This document shows, piece by piece, positions 1 to 9,922 of a stretch of DNA of 64,000 bases. The stretch lies in NCBI GenBank assembly GCA_963705105.1, contig CAVPIW010000010.1, positions 96,001-160,000 of the forward strand, in the 5' to 3' direction. The position numbers and the translations under genes were made by a program. This DNA is from an uncultured Nitrospiraceae bacterium. Lineage in GTDB: Bacteria; Nitrospirota; Thermodesulfovibrionia; Thermodesulfovibrionales; Dissulfurispiraceae. The notes below the pieces were generated by a model. The model did no database searches. It was not told where the DNA came from and saw nothing but the letters and a program-made list of their open reading frames with translations. Numbering within the stretch: the first letter of the stretch is position 1; every line of letters starts with the position of its first letter.

Positions 1-358
1 GCGTAAATTTGGCGTAAAGAACTTGCCGCATCCGCTCAAATTTTATAGCAGCTCAATTGTGGACGATCTCCCAAGTATAGAGTCCGTGGGCTGCCATAGC
101 CACCAAGGAAGGGGAAGGAGCGCTCAATATCCATTCCCTTACCGAATCCTTTCGTGCTTTTCCTGCCTGGTAAGCGTGCTCAGCCGAAGGATAAATCCGG
201 CCTTCAAAAAAAATATTTCTGCGATAGAGATTGCTCAAAGCACCATAGGGTTTTTCATTTGCCCTATAAAAGTGAATCTCAGAAATTTCGTCCCCAGGTG
301 AGGCGATGTGATTGCTGTTCAATGATGTTCCAGTTAACCTAACGATGTTCCTTTTCAT
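1..358 (-). pseudogene. NADAR (YbiA/DUF1768) family protein with in-frame TGA at 53-55; runs off the window edge
   Basis: HFY...YGALSNLY...YPSAEHAYQAGK motifs. The frame continues past TGA as AAIKFERMRQVLYAKFT, the typical NADAR W..K..M...L.AKF segment. Confidence 0.75.
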
Positions 359-552
359 ATTTTGGTCTCCCTTTCAGACGGTTGCTTAGGTTGGATCCCT
401 ATCTGTTCACAATATTTTAGGACAAGAACCTCGATTAAACTGGTTACGCTTCGCCGTTCATGTTTTGCGGCGAGTTCCGCAAACCTCTTTACCATCGGTT
501 CAACACGAAGTGTCATGACAGCCGTTTTAATTCTTGGCTTTCCGCGCGGCAT
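355..552 (-). CDS. small ribbon-helix-helix (DUF1778/CopG-like) DNA-binding protein
   Basis: KTAVMTLRVEP..K..AELAA..ERRSVTSLIE pattern; 4-bp overlap with the NADAR start. Confidence 0.6.
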   Translation of the reverse strand: MPRGKPRIKTAVMTLRVEPMVKRFAELAAKHERRSVTSLIEVLVLKYCEQIGIQPKQPSERETKI

Positions 553-739
553 TTATAATTTCTCCAAATATGTACTGCACTAAGTAATATATATTCTATA
601 TTCATACTATTATTTATACTGCATTTTTATATCCATTCTGTCAAGAGTCTTCGTCTCCCGTTAAATTGCATGATTGCAATCTATTGGAAGAGACGGACAC
701 TGGTTGAGGCCACGGCAAGAACTCTCATTTTGAGCGGTC

Positions 740-1989
740 TTATAATGGCAGCAGGAGCCCCACGATCGCCCCTGCCATGCAGGTGGAGAGTGTTCCCACG
801 ATGATGGACCTGATCCCGAGTGAGACTATTTCGTCCCGCCTCTCGGGCACCATGCCGCCCATCCCGCCGATCATGATCCCGAGGCTGCCGAAGTTGGCGA
901 AACCGCAGAGGGCATAGGTCATGATCACCCTGCTTCTCGGGCTCAACGTGCCTTCCGGCAGTCCGGCGAGGTCGAGATAGGCGATGAATTCATTCAGGAC
1001 GGTCTTTGTCCCCATCAGTGCGCCTGCTGCCTGCGCCTCCTGCCAGGGGATGCCGATGAGCCAGACGACGGGCGCCATGACCATGCCGAGTACCCGCTGG
1101 AGGGTCACGGGACGGCCGCCGATCTCAGGCAGCAGGGTCAGCATTTGGTTGGCGAGGCTCACGAGGGCCACGAGGACGATGAGCATTGCGATGATGTTGA
1201 TCAGGAGATGGATACCTTCCATCGTGCCTTTTGTGATTGCATCCATCGTGCTCGTTGCGGTCTGCGGGGGGACGAGTTTTCCCGAGGTGACGCTCCCCGT
1301 CCCGGGTATGAGGATCTGGGACAACATGATTGCGGCCGGTATGGTTATGATCGACGCCGTGAGGATATGCCCCATCGCATCGGGGATGACGGCCCTCAGA
1401 ACGCTCGCATAGAGCACCATAACCGTGCCGGCTATGCCCGCCATGCCGCAGGTCATGGTGACAAACAACTCGCTTCTCGTCAATTCCTTCAGGTATGGAC
1501 GAATAAAGAGAGGCGCCTCGATCATCCCGAGAAAGACATTGGCCGCCGCCCCGAGGCCGACGGCGCCGCCCACGCCCATGGTCTTTTGGAGCGCCCAGGA
1601 AAAGGCCCTGACGATGACGGGGAGATGCGCCAGTAAAAGAGGAGAGAGGAGAGGGCGCTCACCACCAGGACGAGCGGGAGGGCCTGGAAGGCGAAGAGGA
1701 AGCTTGACACTTCAGGCTTCACCTCGAAGGGAAGGGCGCCGCCTCCCAGATAACCGAAGACGAAAGACGTGCCCGCTTTCGTGGCCTCTTCGAGTGACAT
1801 GACCATGCCGTTCAGCAGGTGGAAGAGCTCTTTGAAGAGAGGGAGCCTGAGCATGAGGAAGGCGAAGATGAACTGCACCGCGAGACCCGCGAGGATTCCT
1901 CTCACCCTGACGCCCCGTCTGTTCTCGCTCAAAAGCCAGGTGACGGAGATAAGCACCACGATGCCGAATATGGTCTGCGCGATGATCAT
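740..1989 (-). pseudogene. nupC: NupC/CNT family Na+/H+ nucleoside transporter, frameshifted near 1625
   Basis: GTSFVFGYL, ANVFLGMIEAPL, KTVLNEFIAY and YALCGFANFGSLGI motifs are split over ORFs 1522..1989 and 740..1579. Confidence 0.85.
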
Positions 1990-3225
1990 CGGGAATGAGA
2001 ATTATAAACTTTCACCTTGGATATCTCAAGACCACCGGGCCGATTGGGGACGTTGTGTCCCGCATGTCATTATGGGAATCAGGAATAGACGTAGTCAATG
2101 ACATTCCGGACACAACGTCCTTGAGATCGATACTATAATGCTATAATGCTTTTCCGTATATTGACGCTGCAGAAGGAGAACAGCCATGATCCGCTCTCGA
2201 AGGCGCCAGGTCACTTTCGCATATCTCATCGCTGTACTATTGCACTTTGTTGCCTGCGGCACAGACAGCGTCATGACATGGACCAAGACCTTTGGAAGTG
2301 TGAGCACCGATAATGCTGGCGAAGTCATGCAGACGTCCGACGGTGGATATATCTTTACAGGGTCGGTGCATTGCCGGGGAGGCCGCAACTGCGATGTTTA
2401 CCTTGCCAAGTTCGACGCGAACGGCAATGTCCTCTGGGAGCAAACGTACGGAGGTGCAGACAATGATAGAGGCAACTCAGTGCAAGAAACGCTTGACGGG
2501 GGCTATGTGGTTCTGGGAACGACTTCTTCATTTGGCAATGTACAGGGTGGGCACGTTTATCTCATTAAGACTGATGGAAAGGGTGATATCCTCTGGCAGA
2601 AAACATACGGTGGCAAAAGGCAGCAGGACGGCAGGAAGGTCCGGCAGACCTCCGATGGGGGCTACATCATCGTAGGGAGTTCAAATTCATTCTCCGGGGA
2701 GGAAGACACACGGGATGTCTATCTGATCAAGACCGATAGGAGAGGCGAAATAGAGTGGGAAAGGACATACGGGGGACCCGGATATGATGACGGAACCTCA
2801 GTTCATCAGACGCTTGACGGTGGATACGTTGTGGTTGGCCGCAAAGGATCTTTCAGGGAAGGAGTTGAGAACTCAGGAAATGTGGCAGACCTCTATCTCA
2901 TAAAGACGGATGCGGCCGGTGCCTCTCTGTGGGAAAAAACATACGGAGGGAAGGGTTTGAGTGCCGGACATTCCGTTTTACAGACGGAAGACGGCGGCTA
3001 CTATGTCACAGGTACGACGGACGCATTCAGTACGCCTAATGAATATGAAGCATATGTGATCAGAACAGACGACGAAGGGATCGTGCTTTGGGAGAAGACT
3101 TATAAGGGACCCGTCGCTGATTATTGGCATCCGAATATCGGCATAGTTGATACCGGATATTTTATCGCTGGTACCACCGGTCCGAACGGGGCACACATGC
3201 AGATTTTTCTCATAAAAATGGATAA

Positions 3226-4733
3226 CTCAACTTTCGCACATAGAAATCTGGAGCGGGGCACTGAGAAATGAGGGCAGAGCACCCATAAAGTTGGTCATAA
3301 ATTGCTCCAGTCTTCGGGAGGAGAGTGAAAGAAACCTCCTCAATTCTTCCTTCAGCACGTCCATGACGATAAGCATTGCATCCACAAACCCAAGGCCCTG
3401 TGCCTCATCGCAATGAGCATAAAAGAGCATCCCGATCGTTCGAGGGTCCTCACTTTCCCGCTTTTCCATCGCCAGCATGATGTACCGGCAACACACAATC
3501 GTTGTATGAGCGATCATCGCGTCATACCGCCGCCCCATGAACTCCTTCGCAAGCTTCAGGTGCGATTTCGCCATCTTGAAAAATACCTCGATGTCCCACC
3601 GCCTCCCATAGGTCGTGATGATGTCCTCGTCACTCAGTGCCGTATCCGTCGACAAGACGGCAAGCCACTTCCTGCTCCTGCGGTCCCGCACAAACACGAT
3701 CTTCGCCTCGACGACCTTTCCTTCCTCATCAACGCCGAGCCTGACAATGACGGATGCCAGAACCTTCGCCCGTCCCCTTTTCTTCCTTACAGAGGCATAC
3801 AGTTTGCTCAGCGTCACTTTCCTGTCCCCAGAGCCGTACAAGACTTTGGTATCTTTGAGCATGCAAATGCAATGAAACTTCTCCTTCAGGACGTTCATGA
3901 TCACGGAGGGGCTCGAAAACCACCGGTCAAACAACACATACTGCGCGTCAATCCCGGACGTCTTGATCTGTTTGATCAGGTCAAACATCGTCTCCGTTGC
4001 CTTCTTGATGCTTTCCGCCCGCCTCTTGTATCCGTTGGTCCGTTTGTCAATCTCGTTGTTCATTTCGCAGAGGCGATTGTCCGCCTTCACCGAGCTCAGC
4101 AGAGAAAACGCCACAGGCAGAAAACTCACCCCGTCAGACCAGCCCACCGTCAGCATCCGGAATCCCCGGCGGTATTTCTGCTCACAGTGATCGTACACCC
4201 GTGCCAGAAGTTCCACCACCTTGCTCCTGTTCCGGCTGAACAGGGAATCATCGATGATGAGCACCTTGATCCTCTCCGCAGAGGTCAATGTTGCGACCCG
4301 GTCTTTGATGATCGATGCGCTCAGCAGCAACAGAAACTTTCTCCAGTTGTAGCGAGACGAGTTCAAGAACCGATACACCGGGTCTTTGCCCGGATGGCCC
4401 TCAGCCGCTGCCATGTGCAGTGTTCGATACAGGTTCTTTCCTGTAAATACCAACAAAAAGATAAAGCGAAACAATGCAGCGCAGGGGATACCCCGCTCCT
4501 TGGTGAAGTTGGACTGCTTGAGAATCCGGGCGACATGATGGGTGCGGAGAAATGTGCTTGCGTAATTCTGAACATCCTCATTTTGTGGTACAATGCTCAT
4601 AGAACATCCCCTCCTCGTCTTTGTATGTTTCGCGACAATATTGTACAAGGTTTGGGGATGTTCTTTTTAGTTTTTTCTGTTCATTCCCTTATCAGACGCC
4701 TTTTCATGACGGTTTTCTATCTGCGAAACTTGA
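3226..4733 (-). mobile_element. IS4/IS701-like insertion sequence
   Basis: ~20-bp imperfect TIRs TCAA(C/G)TTTCGCA(C/G)ATAGAAA; direct repeat ATGGATAA at 3218-3225 and 4734-4741. Confidence 0.9.
3227..4600 (-). CDS. DDE transposase (IS4/IS701-like)
   Basis: IIDDSLFSR, VLFDRWF and YGRRWDIEVFFK catalytic motifs; SD GAGGAGGGG before ATG 4600. Confidence 0.9.
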   Translation of the reverse strand: MSIVPQNEDVQNYASTFLRTHHVARILKQSNFTKERGIPCAALFRFIFLLVFTGKNLYRTLHMAAAEGHPGKDPVYRFLNSSRYNWRKFLLLLSASIIKDRVATLTSAERIKVLIIDDSLFSRNRSKVVELLARVYDHCEQKYRRGFRMLTVGWSDGVSFLPVAFSLLSSVKADNRLCEMNNEIDKRTNGYKRRAESIKKATETMFDLIKQIKTSGIDAQYVLFDRWFSSPSVIMNVLKEKFHCICMLKDTKVLYGSGDRKVTLSKLYASVRKKRGRAKVLASVIVRLGVDEEGKVVEAKIVFVRDRRSRKWLAVLSTDTALSDEDIITTYGRRWDIEVFFKMAKSHLKLAKEFMGRRYDAMIAHTTIVCCRYIMLAMEKRESEDPRTIGMLFYAHCDEAQGLGFVDAMLIVMDVLKEELRRFLSLSSRRLEQFMTNFMGALPSFLSAPLQISMCES

Positions 4734-5049
4734 ATGGATAAAAACGGCAATATTGTCTGGGAGAGAATATATGGAAAGACATCTACCAATTTCAGCTCCG
4801 TTCAGAGAACGCGGGATGGTGGCTACATAATCTCGGGCAGCACAAATGTGGATGTCAGAGCTTCGTTTTCGGGAGGCAATGGTTCGGATTTTTGTCTAAT
4901 AAAGACCGATCGTTTCGGCAACGCGCAATGAGGATTTATTGCAGCGCTATTGGAGTTCAATCGGGGACGTTGTTTCCCACATGTCAGTATGGAAATGAGG
5001 ACAAGGAACAGACGTGGTCAATGACACCCAGGACACAACGTCCCCTTTG

Positions 5050-5254
5050 GCAAATGAAAAGGCGGGGCGAAACGCCTCAAAGCCTTGCTGAAGGCGACGA
5101 TACGCCTCGTCATCTTCGTGTTTCAGGATTTCACTCTTTGTGTCATCGACCATTAGCGTTTAGTTCATCTTTCGTTTTGATACAGGTGTCGCCGCAGCAA
5201 GGTTTTCGGCGCATACACCCCGCCTTTCCGGATGGCGTATGCAGCGATAAGGTT
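5050..5254 (+). repeat. dispersed MITE-like repeat family, copy A
   Basis: ATGAAAAGGCGGGGCGAA ... CGCATACACCCCGCCTTT ... ATGCAGCGATAAGGTT shared with the other copies. Confidence 0.75.
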
Positions 5255-5314
5255 AAGACAAGGAAGAACGAAAATATTGTGATTTAGGTATATTGAAGGT
5301 ATAATTTATATACT

Positions 5315-5575
5315 ATGGAATTCGAGTTCGATTCGGAAAAGAATGATAAAAACAAGGAAAAACACGGGATCGACTTCTATGAGGCACAAGCGTTGTGGGA
5401 TGACCCCGACTTGATCGAGATTCCGGCAAGAACAGCGGATGAACCCAGGTTTATGGTCATTGGAATGATTGCAGGCACACATTGGTCAGGAGTGATATCG
5501 CATCGGGGCAATGCCGTGAGGATGATCTCTGTACGGCGATCCCGCAAAGAGGAGATTGACATATATGAAGGCTAA
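5315..5575 (+). CDS. brnT: BrnT family toxin
   Basis: MEFEFDSEKNDKNKEKHGIDF...RMISVRRSRKEE signature. Confidence 0.9.
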   Translation: MEFEFDSEKNDKNKEKHGIDFYEAQALWDDPDLIEIPARTADEPRFMVIGMIAGTHWSGVISHRGNAVRMISVRRSRKEEIDIYEG

Positions 5576-5789
5576 GGAATTCGACAAAAGGTTTGACGAA
5601 GGTGACGATGTTTCGCAGTATCTTGACATCTCAAAGGCCAAGAGACCGGTGCAGGAACAGAAACGGGTCAACGTCGATTTCCCGCTGTGGATGATTCAGT
5701 TGCTGGATAAGGAAGCCAAACGGTTAGGGGTACCCAGGCAGTCTATCATCAAACTATGGGTGGCAGAGCGGCTGAAAAAGGCATCCTGA
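5565..5789 (+). CDS. brnA: BrnA/CopG family antitoxin
   Basis: MKAKEFDKRFDEG...KRVNVDFPLWMI..LDKEAKRLGVPRQSIIK; overlaps brnT. Confidence 0.9.
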   Translation: MKAKEFDKRFDEGDDVSQYLDISKAKRPVQEQKRVNVDFPLWMIQLLDKEAKRLGVPRQSIIKLWVAERLKKAS

Positions 5790-5793
5790 GTTG

Positions 5794-5856
5794 TTCCAAC
5801 CAGTCAATCCGGCGGATCGGCCATAAACCGGCCTCAGGCTGATATTTTCGTCAGCC
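5794..5856 (+). other. degenerate attC-like site
   Basis: TTCCAAC ... AATCCGGC ... GCTGATATT ... GTCAGCC, 63 bp, directly after the brnA stop. Confidence 0.4.
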
Positions 5857-5884
5857 TGTAAAAAGCAACAACACTTTTCGCTGC

Positions 5885-5920
5885 ACGACGGGGGCCGTTT
5901 CCCCGAACGGCCCCCGTCGT
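5885..5920. terminator. strong hairpin, likely bidirectional terminator between convergent genes
   Basis: ACGACGGGGGCCGTT-loop-AACGGCCCCCGTCGT, 15-bp perfect stem. Confidence 0.7.
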
Positions 5921-5955
5921 ATTCCTTTCACTGACACTGAAACTGCATCACTGGC

Positions 5956-6222
5956 TTACTTCTTCTTCGCCGCCTCCTTGGACTCGATGCTCGCGGCCTT
6001 CATCTGGTACTTAATGGTCACCTTGGACCCGACTTTCACGTCACCGGTGATCTTCGTGTCTTTGTCCTTGGCGATCTCCCATTTCTCCTTGCCCTTCTGC
6101 ACCGTAATGGAGTTGTCCTTGACCTCCAGGACCGGGCCGGTGACCTGATAGGTCTCCAGTGCCGATGCGATCACGGCTGACAGAAGGATGACGGCGGCAC
6201 ACAACGCGACAAGACGTTTCAT
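5956..6222 (-). CDS. small exported OB-fold-like protein
   Basis: Signal peptide; YQVTGPVLEV...ITVQKGKEKWEIA; SD AAGGAG. Confidence 0.75.
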   Translation of the reverse strand: MKRLVALCAAVILLSAVIASALETYQVTGPVLEVKDNSITVQKGKEKWEIAKDKDTKITGDVKVGSKVTIKYQMKAASIESKEAAKKK

Positions 6223-6271
6223 CGAAAATCTCCTTTTGTCGGAAATATGGAAAATTAGCGAACAACCTTTT

Positions 6272-6856
6272 CTACTTCAAGGCATCCGGAATAGGCATGT
6301 CAAGGCTTGTCAGCAAGTCAGCAGTTTTCCCCTTGACGGATTTCAATGCGTCCATAGCCTCTATTGTTTTCCCGGCTTTGAATGAATCCTGAGCCCCCGC
6401 CCACATCTTCTTGACATCTTCAAGTCCGGTCTTTGCTGTATCGGCGGCGGCCTGCTTGGCCTTGCTCTTTGAAAGAACATCTATTCTGCTCTGGATTTGG
6501 TCAAAAACCTTCGGAAGTCCGGCGCTCGTGCTTTCCCATGCCTTTGCCAACTCGGCTTTCTTGCCCTCTGTGATGGCCTTGACGATTTCTGAAGCCTTCG
6601 CCGGGATTTCCTTTGCCGCTGCGAGTGCTCCCTTGAAATCATTCTTTGCAAGGCTGTCCTTAGCGGCTGTCAGCTCTTTCTCGACAGCACCGTACTTTTC
6701 CGCCGCATACTTCATTGCTTCATCCTTATTAATTGCCTTCATTGCCTCTTCAGCCGCCTTGACGGCGGTTGTCGCCGGTCCTTTCTCATCGGCGCAGGCG
6801 AATAAAAATGCTACGCATAAAAAAGCTGCAAACAATGCCATAATCTGTCTTTTCAT
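6272..6856 (-). CDS. helical lipoprotein, hypothetical
   Basis: Lipobox LFAC; Ala/Lys-rich helices; SD AGGAGG. Confidence 0.7.
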   Translation of the reverse strand: MKRQIMALFAAFLCVAFLFACADEKGPATTAVKAAEEAMKAINKDEAMKYAAEKYGAVEKELTAAKDSLAKNDFKGALAAAKEIPAKASEIVKAITEGKKAELAKAWESTSAGLPKVFDQIQSRIDVLSKSKAKQAAADTAKTGLEDVKKMWAGAQDSFKAGKTIEAMDALKSVKGKTADLLTSLDMPIPDALK

Positions 6857-6896
6857 CAGCATGTCCTCCTTGAATATGTTGCAGGTGGTTGGTTGC

Positions 6897-7136
6897 TTAC
6901 GGAATCCGGAGCTTCTGCCCGACCTTGATAAGATCGGGGTTATCCAAAATGTCCTTGTTCGCTTCGAATATCTGCATATACAAGCCCGCATCGCCATAAT
7001 ACTTGGCAGCTATTTTCGATAGCGTATCTCCCTTTTCTACCTCATGCCACTGAGCGGCATCCCATGCGCCTTCCTTGTTTGCGTCGCTCTGTTCCGGTGA
7101 AAGTGAAGGTTCAGACTGATTCGGTTCCTCAGGCAT
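6897..7136 (-). CDS. stand-alone LysM domain protein
   Basis: HEVEKGDTLSKIAAKYYG...IFEAN...NPDLIKVGQKLRIP. Confidence 0.9.
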   Translation of the reverse strand: MPEEPNQSEPSLSPEQSDANKEGAWDAAQWHEVEKGDTLSKIAAKYYGDAGLYMQIFEANKDILDNPDLIKVGQKLRIP

Positions 7137-7385
7137 TTTTACCTCCTTGAGATCATGAAGTGTTCATCACGCATTCTCAATGGACGACTCCGGCGGCATC
7201 GCATGTTGAAGTGGCGAAGCCTCCTATCACCTCCTTCTTGTCGCACAAACAGATCTTCTGAAAATATGCCTCCGCAACCCCGGCATTTCCAAGCCTGTTT
7301 CCATTATATATGACAAGCTCAAATATTCATAATCGGCGAAGATATCCTAAATGCTTTCTTGAGACGATGTGAGCGGTCTCACAAC

Positions 7386-7727
7386 GGCAGCAGGGTCAGC
7401 ATTTGGTTGGCGAGGCTCACGAGGGCCACGAGGACGATGAGCATTGCGATGATGTTGATCAGGAGATGGATACCTTCCATCGTGCCTTTTGTGATTGCAT
7501 CCATCGTGCTCGTTGCGGTCTGCGGGGGGACAAGTTTTCCCGAGGTGACGCTCCCCGTCCCGGGTATGAGGATCTGGGACAACATGATTGCGGCCGGTAT
7601 GAGGCGCCTCGATCATCCCGAGAAAGACATTGGCTGCCGCCCCGAGGCCGACGGCGCCGCCCACGCCCATGGTCTTTTGGAGCGCCCAGGAAAAGGCCCT
7701 GACGATGACGGGGAGTATGCGCCAGTA
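7386..7727 (-). pseudogene. partial duplicate of nupC (copy of 1128-1635 lacking ~167 bp)
   Basis: Near-identical nucleotide match to 1128-1343 and 1511-1635. Confidence 0.9.
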
Positions 7728-8442
7728 CTTGCTCGATGCAGATGACAATATGGCAGCTTCTGTTCGGAAAACTGTTCACTTCTGTGTAAAACTCCGCACA
7801 AACAGGAACGACCCTCGCAGAAAGTCCAAGAAAGGGATTTCACTGAACCGCTATCAAAATCATTGGGTTCTAACAGGGCAGGAGAAGGCCGCTTCCTGTG
7901 GAATGGTAATTGCTCAAGTGACTGAGCATCGGCGAGACTGACCTTATCTGCCCGACGAGTGAACGCGGTTCATCCGGCATGATGGATCTGCTGCCAAGCA
8001 AGGGCGAAGGGTTCGGAATCCAACGCCAACAGGGCGTCTCAAAAAGACGTGAGGGAAAAATGGGAAGAACGGTTGTAGCAGGATTTGCTGCGGAAGGCGG
8101 TGATGGGGAGACAATGACACATACGAAGAACTCTTTCGGAATGACAAAAGAAAGGATGATCATCTTCTATCCCGACAGGATTTCAATTGAGACCCAGGGG
8201 TCTGTCCCTCTCTCATGGAAAAGCAAGATAAAGAGCTTCATACAACGTCTCAGACAGTCCTGGCAGCTCCCAAGACCATGAATCATAGTCACTGAACGCC
8301 TTTGGGAAAAGATGACGGCGGCACGCACCACATCAGCCCTCCCGTCCGGGTGTTCGCGGTCTGCTTCCGGCTGTCGACGACCAGTGACTTAATGACTGTT
8401 ACGGTGGTATCTTTGCCCCGCCTTTTCATGCGACCGCGAGGT

Positions 8443-8642
8443 TAACGTCCAATTGCATGAAAGGGCGGGGCGAAGCGCTCTGAAAAACAGTGTCAGTGTG
8501 AGTGTCAGTGTCAGTAAAAAGGCTCACTTTTCGGCCATTGGCTTGAAACGCCGTCATTTGCGATGTTATAGGTGTCGCCGCATCAAGGTTTTCCGCGCAT
8601 ACACCCCGCCCCTTCAGTCCGGCGTATGCAACATTAAGGTTA
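8443..8642 (+). repeat. dispersed MITE-like repeat family, copy B
   Basis: TAAC..TTGCATGAAAGGGCGGGGCGAAGCGCTCTGAAAAACAGTGTCAGTG ... ATGCAACATTAAGGTTA; the end overlaps the waaA stop. Confidence 0.8.
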
Positions 8643-9912
8643 ACTTCGCGCCGGGGCGAGGAGTTCGAGGACCTTTTCAACGGCCTTTTCCGTCGCACCG
8701 GCATTATCCTGAACGATCCTCTTCGCCGCAGTCCCCATGGAGGCCCTGAGGTCCGGCTCCGAGAGGAGGCGGAAAAGGATGTCGTACAGGCCGTCCCGGT
8801 CGGTGTGCACTGCCGCTCCGCGGCGGTAAAAGTCCTCGGCAAAGGGGAAGTTCTCCATGTGGGGGCCGCAGACGATCGCTTTGCCCCAGCATGCCGGCTC
8901 GAGGGGGTTCTGCCCGCCGTGTTCGATGAAGCTCCCGCCCATAACCGCTATATCGGCAGCCCCGTATGCCGCGGCGAGCTCGCCCATGACATCGACAAGG
9001 ACGACGGACCCCCTGATGTCCCCCCCGCTTCCCTCAAGGATGTCTGACCGCCTGATCACAGTCACGCCGCGGTTCTTCAGTATAGTCCTCCACTTCTCCG
9101 AACCGCTCGGGATGCCTCGGCACGACGATCAGGTTGAGATCGGGGAAACGGGACAGCAGCCTCACATAGGCGTCGACGACAAGGTCTTCCTCCGTCCTGT
9201 GGGTGCTGCCTGCAATGATGACAGGCCCGGCGAGGCGTTCCGACCACGCCGGCGGGGCAGGAGGCGCGAGGACGTCGAACTTGAAATTGCCCGTCACGGT
9301 CACACGGTCCGCAGGGGCGCCGAGCATTCTGATCCGTTCCGCATAAGTGTCGCTCTGCATGCAGAAGAGCCTGATGAGCCCGAGCGTCTCTTTCATGAAA
9401 AACCGTACCCTCCGGTATCCCGAGAAGGACCGGTCGGAGATCCTGCCGTTCACGAGCGCAACGGGGATCCCCCGACCGCTTGCCATCCGCACGCAGTTGG
9501 GCCAGAGCTCCGTCTCCATGATCACGAGGAGGGCGGGGTTGATCCGCCTCAGGGCGCTGCTGATGATGCCCGGCAGGTCAAAGGGCATGTAAAAGATGTC
9601 CGCCACGGCGCCGACGCGCTCCCGGGCGACCTTCTGTCCCGTGTCGGTGACTGTCGACAGGGCGATGCGCAGGTCGGGCCGGCGAGCTTTCAACGCCTTG
9701 ATGAAGGGGACCGCGGCCGCCACTTCGCCGACTGAGACGGCGTGGATCCACAGGCAAGGCCCTTTCTGTTCCCGCTGCGACAGGGAAATACGACCCGTCC
9801 TCTCCCGTATCCACCGATTGCGGACCTCTGTTGGTCTCTTGAAATATTCGACGGGAAGAAGTATGGTCAGGGCGATTCCGTAGAGGACTGTGTACGCGCC
9901 GGAAAGGAACAT
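8640..9912 (-). CDS. waaA: 3-deoxy-D-manno-octulosonic acid (Kdo) transferase; apparent frameshift near 9082
   Basis: WIHAVSVGE, ETELWPN, NGRISDRSF, VPRHPERF, then GGSFIEHGGQNPLEPA in the second frame. Confidence 0.9.
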
Positions 9913-9922
9913 ACCCGGAGAG

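Larger units (their letters stand above)
2186..4931 (+). pseudogene. secreted/lipoprotein beta-propeller repeat protein (QTxDGGY...YLIKTD.G...W.KTYGG repeats) interrupted by an IS
   Basis: Repeats occur in 2186..3225 and continue in 4734..4931. Removing the IS and one TSD restores LIKMDKNGNIVW. Confidence 0.85.

Noticed and set aside
7979..8281. 100-aa ORF
   Set aside because: No recognisable motif and ambiguous start; cannot be supported.
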